A DNA stretch of 64,000 nt, from the NCBI GenBank assembly GCA_002633005.1, contig NMRA01000284.1:156156-220155 (forward strand), in the 5' to 3' direction. The stretch comes from Phoronis australis. Lineage: Eukaryota; Animalia; Phoronida. Position 1 is the first letter of the stretch. The number at the start of each line of letters is the position of its first letter. A program made the translations under genes and the position numbers. A model generated the notes under the pieces. It did not search any database. It saw only the letters and a program-made list of their open reading frames with translations, and was not told the origin of the DNA. Shown piece by piece: positions 30,339 to 43,656 of this stretch.

Positions 30339-31202
30339 TACTCCATCAGTAACAGTATCTAGACTTTATTGGAGGAACGGCTTGAGGAATCGTAAGGAAA
30401 ATCGCCGCGCCATTTGTCAACAGGTTTACATTTCGAGGTTCGACCTTCGACAGTTTTCTTATTGCAAATTTGGCTGAAGCACGATTGTCACAATAATGCA
30501 ATTTTCTCGAGATACCAGTCACATAAGTGAACACGACCTTGGCTTGCTAGAATTGAAAAAGACAGGCTACGACTCGGCGAGAGTGGAGAGCTCTGTCTAA
30601 AAATCGTCACCGTCTTGATATCTACTGCCTTCCAATCTCGTGAAATGTGGGCATCAACAATTCAATAGTTCATTTATCAGGTGCCAAAATCTCGCTTGCG
30701 TTATGTCTGCCGATTTTGTGGAAAAATATACCTTACTGACTCTTATTCGCTGCTACTTCGTGTACAGTTCGATTGATCCATAATAAATCTCGTAGGGCCT
30801 ACCGAAAAATATCGTGTAAACACAAATTTAGCATGAACTATATAACAGCGAGCACTATTTTACCACCCGGTACAATTCATTCTGCCGGACTAGGGTCGTA
30901 GTACAACCATGCATTTATTTTATGACGCTTGTGATTCAATTAATCGTGATGACGAAGCAATTGGCAAATAAATAACAATAAGTTTATTGATAAAATCTAA
31001 AAGGCCCAGCTACGTAGGCAAGTAACATACAAAAAAGCACCCGTGCTCTGCTACTTAAGTGCATCAATAACGATTGAGCACGTGACTCAGACTGCATAAA
31101 ACCAGCACAAATATCACAAACCAGCGGCGAAATAAACAAAATTCTATGCCAAAATAAAATTTAAAATGTCTATGCCAAGTACCACAAAAATTTTCTCCTG
31201 TT

Positions 31203-32249
31203 CTATTTATTAAAAATGTCCATTACATTGAGTTCTTGTTCGAAGTCGGGCTTAAAATTCGGCCCGTGGCGGATGTACTTCGCTTTCTTCGCTTCGCTGT
31301 ACATATCGTCAAAATTCGGCATGACGTGTACAGTTCTTAAATGCCCGTCTGCACCGTACAAATCGGGATCAAAGACGGGGTTCGCAAGAAAGTCTTCGAC
31401 ATTCACGAGTCGAGAATGACGCTTTTCACTGTGCGAGTAACGGGAGTACTTTGGAACTACGTCTTCAACAGTTTTGCGCCAGGCGTCAGATAACGTGTTA
31501 TCTGATTGAGCGCGATTTTCGAGAATTTTTCTTTCCGTAAACTCTCGCCATGCGTTGAATGTTGCCCCATCATTTTGCGGGGGAGTTGGCTCTTTGTCAG
31601 AAACCGGTGATTTCCCCAGCCTTCGGGCAATGCTGTTTTTGGCCGTATTCATATTGATGTGGGGCATTGAACGTTCTTTCAATGTCCGGAGTTGTTTAAC
31701 GGCAGGGAATGGCTCATTTCCTGGAACAACATCAGTTTTCTCGTTGCCAGTGTTTTTAGTGTCCTTTTTGGCGGGAGCAGAGTTGAACTGTTTTACTCGC
31801 TCTTGCACGCGCTTGTAATGATCATCACTTGTTTTATTGTACGCGTTCATCTTTTTACCAGGTTGGTTGTCCATTTCTTCTGGTTTATCAATAGACTGCC
31901 TTCTTTCGGCGTTATAAGAGACTGCACGAAACCGCGACGACGTCATAAATTTGTGCGAAAAGTCCTGCGCTGACTTTCCCGGAGGTTTCTGGAAATGATG
32001 ATATTTAGTCATGGTTTGTTCGCTCCTTGTGTACGGGTCGCCCCGTTTTAACCCAGTAAACCTCGATGTCCTTGCTCGCGTTTTCTGTAGGTCCGTCAAA
32101 ATTTTTCGTCTCTCGCTTTCAAGGTCGCTCAAGCCCACTCGCAAAGAGCTTTCCAAGTCTCCGGTGACGTGCAAATTGAGTCGGCGTTCGTCTCTCTTGG
32201 CTTGCATTCGCAAACCTTCGGAGTGTCGGAACAGTTTGCGTTTGTCCAT
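31203..32249 (-). CDS. CCDC190-like (C1orf110 family) coiled-coil protein, 348 aa, single coding exon
   Basis: Long clean ORF. The N-terminal helix (LFRHSEGLRMQAKRDERRL...LESERRKILTDLQK) and C-terminal motif (DGHLRTVHVMPNFDDMYSEAKKAKYIRH...EQELNVMDIF) resemble the two conserved ends of CCDC190 as I recall them. There is a probable 5' UTR intron at 32287-32402 and AATAAA (minus) at 30983-30988. The gene itself is more certain than the family call. Confidence 0.75.
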   Translation of the reverse strand: MDKRKLFRHSEGLRMQAKRDERRLNLHVTGDLESSLRVGLSDLESERRKILTDLQKTRARTSRFTGLKRGDPYTRSEQTMTKYHHFQKPPGKSAQDFSHKFMTSSRFRAVSYNAERRQSIDKPEEMDNQPGKKMNAYNKTSDDHYKRVQERVKQFNSAPAKKDTKNTGNEKTDVVPGNEPFPAVKQLRTLKERSMPHINMNTAKNSIARRLGKSPVSDKEPTPPQNDGATFNAWREFTERKILENRAQSDNTLSDAWRKTVEDVVPKYSRYSHSEKRHSRLVNVEDFLANPVFDPDLYGADGHLRTVHVMPNFDDMYSEAKKAKYIRHGPNFKPDFEQELNVMDIFNK

Positions 32250-32511
32250 TTTGCTTTTTTCTTCTTTATATTTCGTTGTTGATAGCCTGTAGCTAGGCCC
32301 TCATCTGAAATGAACGAACGTGAAATTAGGCCTACTAGTAAGGCTACTACCTGCATTAAACTCGTGTTTTCCTCCAATAAAGTTTTGATTAAGGTCAGTT
32401 ACCGTTATAAAATTGATCTTAACTCGCTCCTTGCTCAGTTTTGAAGTGATCTCCAAACAGTTCGCACGGCTATTTCTTCAGCGTGCTGAACTGCCAATTC
32501 TTTCGAAGGTC

Positions 32512-32541
32512 TGACGTCACTTCCAATTTGACTAGGGAACA
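32512..32541. promoter_or_regulatory. Candidate promoter of the CCDC190-like gene (perfect CRE plus adjacent motifs)
   Basis: TGACGTCA (32512-32519) runs directly into CTTCC/CCAAT, followed by an X-box-like GACTAGGGAAC, just upstream of the inferred first exon. Confidence 0.4.
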
Positions 32542-35500
32542 AATTGACTCCAATTTCATAAGGGTAAGTAACCTAAAACCCAAATCAAAACTTATTTTTC
32601 GCCAAAAAGCACGGATTTAATGCTGATTCACCCTTTTGATTCTTACATACTAATTAACCGCCTAACGATGTAACCCGACTCTGTATTTGATACAAAAATT
32701 AAAACGGGTACGCCGAAAGTCAGCTTACACCATTGTTTGCTACAGTCGCTGAATACAGCCAAAGGCGTTTATTTAACAGAATAAAAAGGAAAAGGTCAAA
32801 TTCAGATTGGTTTTGAATGCCTACCGCCAAGCCCGTTTACACCCAGGGTGTACTCCACTGTATTTCAGGGGTGGAGGTGAATAACTAGGGTACCAACTGG
32901 TTTAGAGAGTGGACTTAGGAAACATTTGTTGGGACATCGGTATGAACAAGTCCCATTTCGTAGAGTTTTGTTATATAAACACCTGAAGTTAAAAGGTGAA
33001 TTTGCATGCCACTAACTACATGTATGTGTATAGAGTATATCAGAAACTAAGCATTAATAAACCATCCATAATTTGTAAATTTAAATGTGGAACCAAAAAT
33101 ATGCAATTGGGTGATTTTTGCACTTCTAGACAGATATAGCCCTCGTCATGCTGTCATATTTCCCAGCGTAACCTCTGTACTTACTAAGACACCTCCGTGA
33201 TTTTCGGGCGTCATTTTTTCGACAAACAGTTTACATGCCGCTTTATAATTATCATCGCAGGTGTGTTGCATTTTTAACCTGTTTGGTGAGATAATAAAAT
33301 TTTCAATGATTAGCATGAAAATTTCCCTTTAATTGTACGAACCGATCCCTTCCTCGAGAATTCCTCGACATCTGTCTGATTCTCGAACAGAACACGGAGG
33401 GGTGTCATGTCAAAAATGATTACCTTTTTGCAACCCAAAATAGGCTATGTTGAAAATGCTTCTGTAGATTTTTGAGTTGCAAAAAGAAACCTTCCAATCT
33501 CCCAAATTGAACCTTTTTGTTAGTGATGCAATCGAGTCGTGGGAAATTTTGTCGGTTAGTATAAAGGGCACCCCCCTGAACATACACCTCTTCGTTCCAT
33601 AAAGGGTTATCCGTAGGGAGCACCTGTGGAACCTACTACAACGTCGTAGTAATTATTTCTTTCTTTTGTCCCATATTCACTCGTTCTACATTTATCACTA
33701 TTTTACCAGCCAATTTCAAGCATTTTAAAGAAAATAATCGATTTTCGCTACGATCCCGACATCTTCCATACGCCGCCCCCCTTAGCTTTCTTTTAAGATA
33801 ACCGGATGCAGTTTGAGCCGGCGAAGGATTAGCGGGGAAAAATAATCAAGACATGCCGGAGTAGACAGTAACGTTAGGACCTCGCTAAAAAGCAAGACTT
33901 CGCAAGATTACGTGAGATATTGCCGTGTATTTTAAACGAGAACACGGTGATTTTGCCTAGATTTTAGCGAGGTCCTAGCGTAGGTCCTAGCACTACTGAA
34001 CTCTGTCAAGAACCATTGGTTCTCGCATGCCTTCATTCCGGTTCATCAAAATTCTAACGCAGCTGTTTGTCAAAGGCACCCCCACTGGTCGATGGGAACA
34101 CAACAATTACAATGCGGATGGTACTGCATAATAAAGGGTTGTCTTATCTAAAGGTCCTCGTACAATGTTGACAAAAGGTGAGTCGATGAATCGTGACGCG
34201 GCTTAGTCAAGTTCTGCATGGTTCACGGTAATACGTAATACTTCGTCTACGAGGGCAAAGACCACGTTAAATACATCAAATTATATGTTGCCGTCCCAAA
34301 CTAATCTATATAATGTTTATACATTTTCGAATGTCAGTTGGGCGGAACCGAGTCCGCAGCCGGTTGGAATCGGAAATTAAAAACTCCCGTACTGTGGCAT
34401 TGAAAAAAAATAATTGCGCAATCTGTCATCCTATCGCCCTCGTCATCTTCACTTTCATTTACGATAACCACAGGCACGTCATCGCTGTGTCGTTTTCATT
34501 GCGATATTTGAAAATTTGTGGCCACGAAAAAATCCCACACTCTAACACAAAAGCCCTATCACACATTGTCCATCCATGGCAGTTTGATAATACGCCATGC
34601 CATGAACCGTGTCCAAGCTGACGACAAAAACTAAGCCCGAAGACGCGGTGCCACAAACGCTGAGCAGCATAGACGATACGGAGCCGCCAGTGCCATCAGG
34701 AATCTCCGTCATGTCAACACAACTTCAACAGAAGCAAACACGTTTCATGGCGATCGGTTGTTGTGTGAGATCCTCATAAATCCGTGTACATTTGAAGGCC
34801 AGTTCACAAATTGCTGGACAGGTGCCAGAGTGCGATGCGTGGCACCAGCTACTTTAATTCGTCACCGGATAGCCGAGTAAGGCATTACCATAGTATACAA
34901 CCCCCAATGAACAAAGAGGACCACTGGCAACCGTTACAAAATTAAAACATGTGGTCTTGGCCATTTAAATACACCTATCCCATTCACCGTGTAAAAAACG
35001 TCAGCCTGCGGTCGCCGAAACAGCCGAGATAACGCCGTTTTACACCGCCGTCAAACGGCAGTGAAACTAAGCAAGCGGTGTACACTATAGCAAACGTGAA
35101 AACAGTCTATAAGTCTATAGTAGGGGGCAAAGGGGCAATTGCCCCGGATTCCCCTATTTCAGACAGAATGTTGAATTCCACACAAAATAGTAACGCTAAT
35201 TTATTATATCATGGGCCCCTCATGAGAACGGGCCCCTTCATCAATCAGGGTTCGTGACATCATTTCAAAAACTTATATGATCAACACAAACGCAAAAACC
35301 GACACCTTCGGATTCTCTAGGTTTGCCCATTTAGGTCTGAAACTCTGGAAAATTGCTTTGGAAAGCTGTGCATGTCGTACTTTCTCAGATTTTTCTAGTG
35401 TTTGTAAGTGAGGTGGTGCCCCGACTTAAGTGTGTGCAGAAAATACTTGCTACTGGTGGCCACTTGGCAAAAGTCCCCCCCCCCACCCCCTCCCGACGAG

Positions 35501-38500
35501 TAATTAAATTCAACCCTGAACAGAATGACTGGTTCACCTGCACTGCACCTCTTTTTGTAAAGAAAACTGTGGACTGTCACATCGCGTCAATCGCAGCGCC
35601 ACCGCGTGGCTCTGTGATGCACCGTGTTTGCTTACGACGCGAATGCAGAGACACCGTGTTGCCACTGTGTTCACATCCTCGACCAGCGTTTGCATAATGA
35701 CTCACCTTGTCCGGTAGAAAATGACCGGCTGTTCTTCTGTGATTATGCATGGACAAGGTCAACGTTTTCAGACCGACGACACTCAACATAGACGGATATA
35801 AGGGGGGGGGGGGGGGGGGCCAGGCCCCTCTTCTTGGCTGCCGCAAGCAAAATGAAACAGCAACATCGTGAAGCGTGAGGAAATATTGAGTTGAGGTCAG
35901 TACCAAGAACCGGCAGGGGGGGGGGGAGGGGCTTCGTGTTTTTAGTCCACTCAAACCGCCTGTGCAAATGCAATAGCGCTTTGCCCAATTCCCGGAGGCA
36001 ACATGTTGGCCCCCTCATGGATCCTACATCCGCCACTGCTCGAGACCGTATCGCTAACGAGCATGGTCCATTGCAATACCACCAAGACCTCTACGAAAAT
36101 TTAACAATATTTTAAAACTGTTGAATGCCCGCGAACCCAGTGTTGCAAATTACCGAACAGCCGAGAACCGCCGACTGAACAGGTAATGTACGAAAGAGGC
36201 CGAAGGAAGTGCAATCTACTTACGGGCCATCTATTTCACAGCGGGGTACTATAATTTATAAGGTTGGTAGGCGCGACGTGTAGTGTGACATTTCTGGGCT
36301 AAAGTTTCCCAGGAGAAGGTATCTTTTCCGATTAAATTCAATACGAACGGTTCACTTCTTAGGTTGCAAAAAGGGTCCATTATGTTGTGGTTCGTTGCGT
36401 TATAAAAACAATACGGTGGAAAGGTGTTCTTATTCCATTTAAATTTAACCTCTACAAACGAATTGAGTTGGAGTAAAACTTCTACAAAAGGTGACTTGTT
36501 TAGAATTTCTCGCAACAAATGGGTCCTCTTAATCGGGCTTACTCCCTAAAACGACGGGCTTCCATCTTGCTGACTTATACATCAAACGTGTAGTCGAACT
36601 CAGGTCACCCTCGATTGATTCTAATCGTACAACTGCGACTGTGCCCATTCATAGACACCAGTTTCCTCAGGATAGTATGTTGACACTCGGATCTACTGCT
36701 TAGTCATTCGAGTACGCTTCAATATAAATGTTAACAAAAACTTACGCCTGGTTTAAGAAAATCGCTTAACATTTGCAAACAACGCAAAAGGTTAAAGTTG
36801 TCGTCTGTGTCAGGCTGTTCGACGAAATGGAAAGAGAGAGGGGGCAGATCTTTATAGCTACCTACACGTTAAGTAGGTAAAAATCATAAATTCTCAGAGA
36901 TCGGACCAGAAATGTTATTTGAAAGAAAAATTATCCATTACTTGCTGGCTATAGAGCGAATTTTCACATTCCTCAGCTAATTTTCTGCTTATTCAAAATT
37001 CATCTCACCTGATATATAAACATGTGTGTCGGTTCCTAGGGCTTTGTTAAATTTTTTTAAGTCAGCCGTGAGACATCAAGTTTGTCAGAGGAACACGACT
37101 TCTACTGCGTGGACCTTCTTCAGACTGTATAGTCTCGTACGATTGTCCACAAGTTAAAATCGATTAAAGTAAACAAGATAAACTATACCTTGTACACACC
37201 TCGAAATCTTGTCCGGAGCTTCTCGGAAAAGTAGAATTAAGTTGTAAAGAAATGTATCTAGTTACAACCAGCAGTCAGTCCGGATCTTTAACATACCTCA
37301 GTGAGTTTTATCTACAAAAGCTGTCATTAGATCGGCTCACCCGTTCCATAGATTATCTTTGTCAAAAGCGGTTGTCATGCTCCAGGCCCCCGTCTGCGTA
37401 CGCGACGCAGTCATCCAATGTAATTTTTATCTAAGGCGTTCTAAAAATTTTAGGGGGTGCCGCTGAATATTGAAAGCATGTCATCATTACAGGCTATGAA
37501 ATTTTTAGAAAACGAAGAAAAAGCCCGGGCATGACATCCTACAGTAATGCGTTAGGAAATGAATATTTACGCCGGTTTTCCAACCTTTCAACAAAAATAA
37601 TTAACTCGACTCGCATATGTCTACGTTGTATCGTATCGTGGGCCGTTCGGGTGGATGTGTCGCGCGTAATTACTCTCGTAATTACGACCGAGATTTCACT
37701 TATACGTCGCAAATCCAAGATTGTATACTTTCCCATCTTTGGAGGGGTCAAAACAGTTTACCAGCGCTTAATTCCAAGACATCCTGCGAGGTCAGTACAC
37801 TGCCGTGAAACGGGATTCCGAAAAAGCCATTCTTTCTGTCGATCTAAGTCTATTTTATGATAAGTGTTATGTTTATCTCTGTTAATTACAGCTGCCTATA
37901 AGCTGCTTTGCTGGAGAACGATAAGCTTCTTTTTGTTCGGTGCCAACGTCCTCTACCGAGTATTAAATTTGACATTGATCAGCTAATAAATGGTAAGTTT
38001 ACTCTGTACCCGTTGTTTTAATGTAGATTTTTAAAGCCGCTGGTATTGTTCTCAGTTTTCTTATGAACACAATTTCGTATGAGTTGTATTTCGCATCTCT
38101 CACACAATGCCGGGTTTGTAAAAGGGGCAGCACAGGGGCACTGGCCCTGAGTTACCTTCCCGCGGTTACAACAGATGGCGTTTGTTCAAATTGGAACTGC
38201 AGACGACTTACTAAGAGAACAGCATGTGTTAGATTGAGGGTCGTGCGTCAAGTTGTCACAACTCCTAGGCCTTACGGTCATGTTTACTACTGCGTCCACT
38301 TGACTGGAATAGGACGTTCTTAAAGTATTTTTGCTTCCCTTCGCCTGCCTAAGTCTTTCGCCTGACTCGCGCATTTTTGTTGCAAAAACATTTCGTTTCA
38401 AAAAATTTCTGAAAATTTTCTTTGTCTTATACCCTTATCACGACTAGCCTTTGAGATCTGCACGCATTTTACGATCGGTCGCAGGAGGGGATACAATTTT

Positions 38501-39668
38501 AATTTCAAGTTTTAATTTACGCCTTAGCAGTGAAGAAGTGTGACTTGCGAAAATTCACTTATATGGAAAACATGACCTTTGACCTTTGATGTAATCAAAA
38601 TAATGGCGAAACCGGGACTTTCTGTAGATAAGCCCATGGGCGCGTGTTTGGAAAATGAAAATTTACAGGGGTTTTAGTAACACCAGCGTTTATTTGGAAA
38701 ACGGAGGCGTGAAAACGACCGGGAAAGTCATAGCTTTGCTGACTTTGACATTTTTTTTGCTTAAAAACTGTGTTATGTTAATAAATGCACAGTCGCCAAC
38801 ACATTGCTAGTTTTATAAATGATGTTTTATAAAACTGAATTTATGACGAAATGTTGACTGGCAGTGGGGTTTTGTGAGGATATTTTCTGAATAAACGCCC
38901 CCGCTATCTGGACGCTTGACACCAGAAGTTGTAGCACCAAGTAAACGCACATGGGCGTTTCATCGGGTAGGCTTTATCTACGGAAAACCCCGGTATCAAG
39001 CAGCAGCTAGTCCCGACTTCTTTGAGCGCATGCGCACATTATTGGGGGGGGGGGGGGNGAGATTTGAAAACCGTATTGGTATGAAAGAGCTTATATTTCG
39101 TCTGTGTTCATAATAGTGAATTTGAGGATTTTTTCTATAAATTCTTGCAATATTCAAAATGAATAACTATTTCGTTAGCATCCCCACGAAGTAGATTCGC
39201 CACAATATGTTGAAAAGGTATTTGTTACGAGTTTCGCTTTAACGCACCTAAAGCCTTGTCTACACACTCCACTTTAACGTATATGACATCGGAGTGGTCG
39301 GAGTTTGACTCAAGACCTACAGTGAAATAGTGTGGATGGATTACTTGTCACACCAACAATACTCGCACTGGTCGGTCATCCGCGAATTGCTTTTCAGTAG
39401 AGCATTGTGCTCCCAAAAAAGCATCCATGCCAAATCGTATAGGATAACGGGAGCTATGTCTAGACAGTGGTTCAAAAGTCGTATACAAAGAGGCCCACGT
39501 GCGGAAAATCGGAGAGTAGACGTAGTCGGATGAGGACACTGCAGGCGGCCATACAAGAAAGTTCCCGACCTCCTGAATGCTCTTGGACGCAGTCACAAAA
39601 TTTTGTTCAACAGTCAAACTAGGTTCATGTTTTAACCAGAGATAACCAGTGCTGAAAACTTGCATATG

Positions 39669-39821
39669 CAGAGGCGGATTTGGAAGGGCCAAGGGGGCCA
39701 TGGCCCACTAAAATTCTCCCAGATTCCATTTAGGCAGTTCGGAGGTGCGAATGTCTGACGGGCAAAATCCTAGCTAATATTCTGCCCTGCCCCCCAACAC
39801 AAAATCCTGGATCAGCCCCTG
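39669..39821. mobile_element. MITE with 5-bp TSD (ATATG)
   Basis: ATATG|CAGAGGCGGAT...GGATCAGCCCCTG|ATATG. It is absent from the paralogous site near 56860. Confidence 0.85.
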
Positions 39822-41923
39822 ATATGGTAATATTGCATATAATCTGCTAACGAAAGAAAAAAGTAAAAATAAATCACTAGTAAAAGAATGCAGGCCTGGA
39901 CATGATCAGGGAATAATTACATCTTTTCAGAGATGACCATCCATTTGCGTTGTCTTATAGATGGTGTCCTAAATGTCGGGAAAGACTGCTCAGCTATAGT
40001 TGTATTCAACAAGTGTTACGGAGTATAAACAAACCATGGTGTCCATCGTTTACGTCGAACGATTTGTGGCCATTTTTCTATCAATATGATAGGTTTTCAG
40101 CAAATTTGTGCAGACTGAAAACCAACTCGGTCATTTGGTCCAGAGATTCAGAGCAGCCTTCAGAATGTCCGTGCATTTTACAAATCATCTGTAACACTAT
40201 TAATTTAGTAAAACTGCGCATTTTATGAAAGTGCAGGACAAGCAGAGTTTACGTTTGGACCAATCTGGGTGGGTCACGTGACAATGACTTGTAACTAACC
40301 ATCTTTAGATCGTAAAAATAAAATTGAATGGTGCGATCGCGACAAACAACGGTTGCAATTACGTGAGCAACTTTCTTTTGATCCATCTAATTCGCTACGA
40401 AACTCAAAAGCAGTGCTACGGTTTTCTAAATTCGTTTCGTTTTTATTTGGTGTAGCTTCTGTTTTTTTCAGAAAAAACATAGAAGCTCCAATTTTGGTAT
40501 CACCTATTGAAATCTAAGTGAAACATTAAAAAACCCCAACACCCTCTTGGAGAATTCTCTTGCACCCGTCCTCCATTAGGGTCTGGTGAACATACCTGGC
40601 CTCTAGGTTCTTGATTGGTCAGTCAAAGACGAGGTCAATCGGTGTATTTAAATTAGGGTAGAGTTTAGTAACGATAGGACCCACGCCAAGACCTCGCTAA
40701 AATCTAGCCAAAATCACGTGTTCTCATATTTAAAATACACGGCAATATCTCACGTAATCTCGCGAAGTCTTGCTGTTTAGCGAGGTCATATATTGTTACT
40801 GAACTCTACCCAGATAACCACAAAAATCGTGCTCTCACAACTTGAACTGGTGGGTCATTACCCAGATGGTAAACGCGGGTTGTGATCACCCACTGCTGAC
40901 AATATCTGCACTCAGTTGTGCCTGCGCCGGTTCCGCCACGTCAATCGGCTAAGGCATCTGAAGATTCTTATTGGCGCTTTCCCGCGGCTTACAGACCAAT
41001 CATGTGGCATATTCGTTTGACCCGGCAGCCATATTGTCACTGGAGCGGAACACTGTTTTGATTTACGTTACATCTGTGGTTCTATTTTTTCCATAACGGA
41101 TGTCCAAAGGAACATCGTGCAATTGAATCATACGCTTCTAAAAAGTTACAGAAAATGAGAGAATGTTCAAATACGGAATACAAATCAGATCGTACGTTAG
41201 TATTGTAAAACACCTGACCAAACTGTCTCGTTTTCGAGATGTTCACCAGACTTTGATGCTAACAGAGGCAAGATAAGCGAGAAAATTTGGAAAACAGCGC
41301 ATATACTACCCTAAGTATCGTTTGAACCCAATCCGCCATTTCAGACACTAAAGACAATGGCGAAGAATGTCAAATTTTAACATTTTTCTAACCACACTTA
41401 TATAAATAACCTAAGAGTGATTGAAACCTGACCTCTCCAGAGTCTTCACGTTGAAGCTTTTTCAAAGAGTAAAATCATAATTGTTAAGAAAATAACCCTA
41501 GAGCCATTGGGCCAACTGGTATCTCCTTCTAGTGCTGGGTCACGTAACCACCAGCCATATTGCTTTCGATAGGGTGCATAAAATGACAAGACCGCCGAGC
41601 CAAGTTATTGACCTGTTCCCAAATAATGACAAAATGCCAGCTACCAGAAACCCATTAAAACACTCTAAACAGAGAAGTCTAAATGTAAAAAGTAGGCGGT
41701 AGATACAAAGTATCTTTAAATGTCACAGTACTTATGACATTGCGCTCAATAGGGATTGAATGGCGAACCTTTTTTATGTGGTAGAAGGTCTCATAATTCT
41801 AATTTATAAAAAACGAAAAATAAAGTAACCCGTTAAAAGATTATCCCAGCATTTAAAAAAATCTCAGCACACGTATTTCAGCTCATTGTTTGAGAGTAAA
41901 TTAGAAAGTAATAGGCAATTTAC

Positions 41924-43656
41924 AAGCACTTAGAAACGGTTCTACGACACCGCCTAGAAAAAACATGGCTGACAATCCAAACGGGTCTACCAGCCAGGGA
42001 ATGCCTAACGTGGATGTAGAGACGACGGCCAATGAGATTGCAAGAATGAGGTCCACGTGATGGAAGCACTTGGAGATGACAATTCCTGCCAGAGGCGAGC
42101 CGACCATTCAACCCACACTCCGCATGGCCATGCTCCGTGAGATCTCTTCAAAGTTCTGACCAGCACGATCTTTCAGATCAATTAGCGTCGGCCCAACAGC
42201 TAAAACACAAAATCCCTGAAACAAAAATATTTATTATATGACTGTGTGTAGCCGGGTCTGGCTACAGGGATAAATTAAAAGAAGCCGTTTGCATAACACA
42301 CTTTATTATTTAGTTGCAAGCGATGAAAAGTAGAAACCGGAAAAGCGTGGTTATCTGCAATAAAGAAAAACACACACAGTCTGAGTATTCGGCAAGCAAG
42401 CGTAAATTAACAAGCACTATATCAGAGCGTTAGAAAGACTCGCGCCAATGACTATGACAGGCAAATACTACCTCGCTAACAATACATAATTAACTGGAAC
42501 CCGTACTATCTATTCTACAACTGGGAACCATTACCGTACACAACCAACTGCCTAACTGCGACCCGTAACTATTTATTCTATGAACCGGGTACCGCGCAAC
42601 ATATACGCCAAACAAGCAGCTGAAGGAAACTATACGTCAAACAACAACAACTATGTACGCTCTAAACTCAGCTAGTAGATACACACGAGTACAACATGCT
42701 ATGCCATAATACTCAGTACTTACAACAGTTTGGCTAACAGTCTGTGCTTAATATAAAAGTTCCAGCAACCGAGGAAAACACATGATTCGTGTTACAGATC
42801 TTGTCAACGAATGCCGGTAAACTCATGAAACGCTAGTCACCAAAACCCGCGTAACATACAGAGGCTAATACGTAACAATGGCCGGCCGGTCAAGCTACTA
42901 TTCGACTATGCAAATGCTATTGTAACCACTGGAAAGAACCGGCTTGCTAAAAGAAACCAAATCACAGCGGCGAAAGGTGCACTGCCACCTAGAAAGAAAA
43001 TAAACAGCGTAACAAGTAAATGAAATATAACAACCAATGACAAAAAATGATGCACGGCATCAACACTGTGAATTCCGGTAAAGGCACAAAGCTGTCCATC
43101 ATGACACCCCGCATCCTTCAGACTGCCACCTGACCCGCGGCGACCCTTGTAGCCACCACCACTATGCACCACCACCATGCACCACCACCACCACCAGCAC
43201 GACCCACCACCACCATTCTAACAAAAACATTCAGTACTGCCTGTATGAACACTTTTGAATATGGAATTCCAAGAAGCTACACCACTTCCGGTTAGTGACT
43301 CCATCTTGCCGTAACTAAAATCATGACTTCCGCCAGGCGTCCAATAGTGAAAGTTGGTTGCGCGTAGGCCACATTTTGTCCATTGAGATTATACACACTT
43401 GTCGGTCTGTGTACTTTAGTCTATGCAGCCATGGATCTATGATGTGCAAGACTACACAAGGCTATGCGTTGCGCATTATAGAAGCAGTTGAATTACTCAC
43501 CAGGCAGACCCAGAATAAAACTAGCACACTAGTCTTGCATATCTTGTAGATGACGCAGAAGCGGGGATTGCGCTCGCTCTGTTCTTCACAGCTAACAGCG
43601 GCTTTCGTCTGTTTATCATGAATCCTGACATCTTCATGGCCACTTTCCAGAGACAT
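41924..43656 (-). pseudogene. MFSD4/NaGLT1-like transporter pseudogene (exons 43501-43656 and 41924-42215)
   Basis: Same exon sizes (156 and 292 nt) as the intact copy. GGA>TGA nonsense codon at 42108-42110. The terminal coding exon is deleted (junction at about 41494-41499). Confidence 0.88.
42247..43065 (-). mobile_element. Solo LTR (819 bp) in intron 1 of the MFS pseudogene
   Basis: TGT...ACA termini and a 5-bp TSD CTGTG (42242-42246 and 43066-43070). The paralogous site has a single CTGTG (about 61317-61321). A minus-strand AATAAA lies near its 3' end (42302-42307). Confidence 0.8.
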
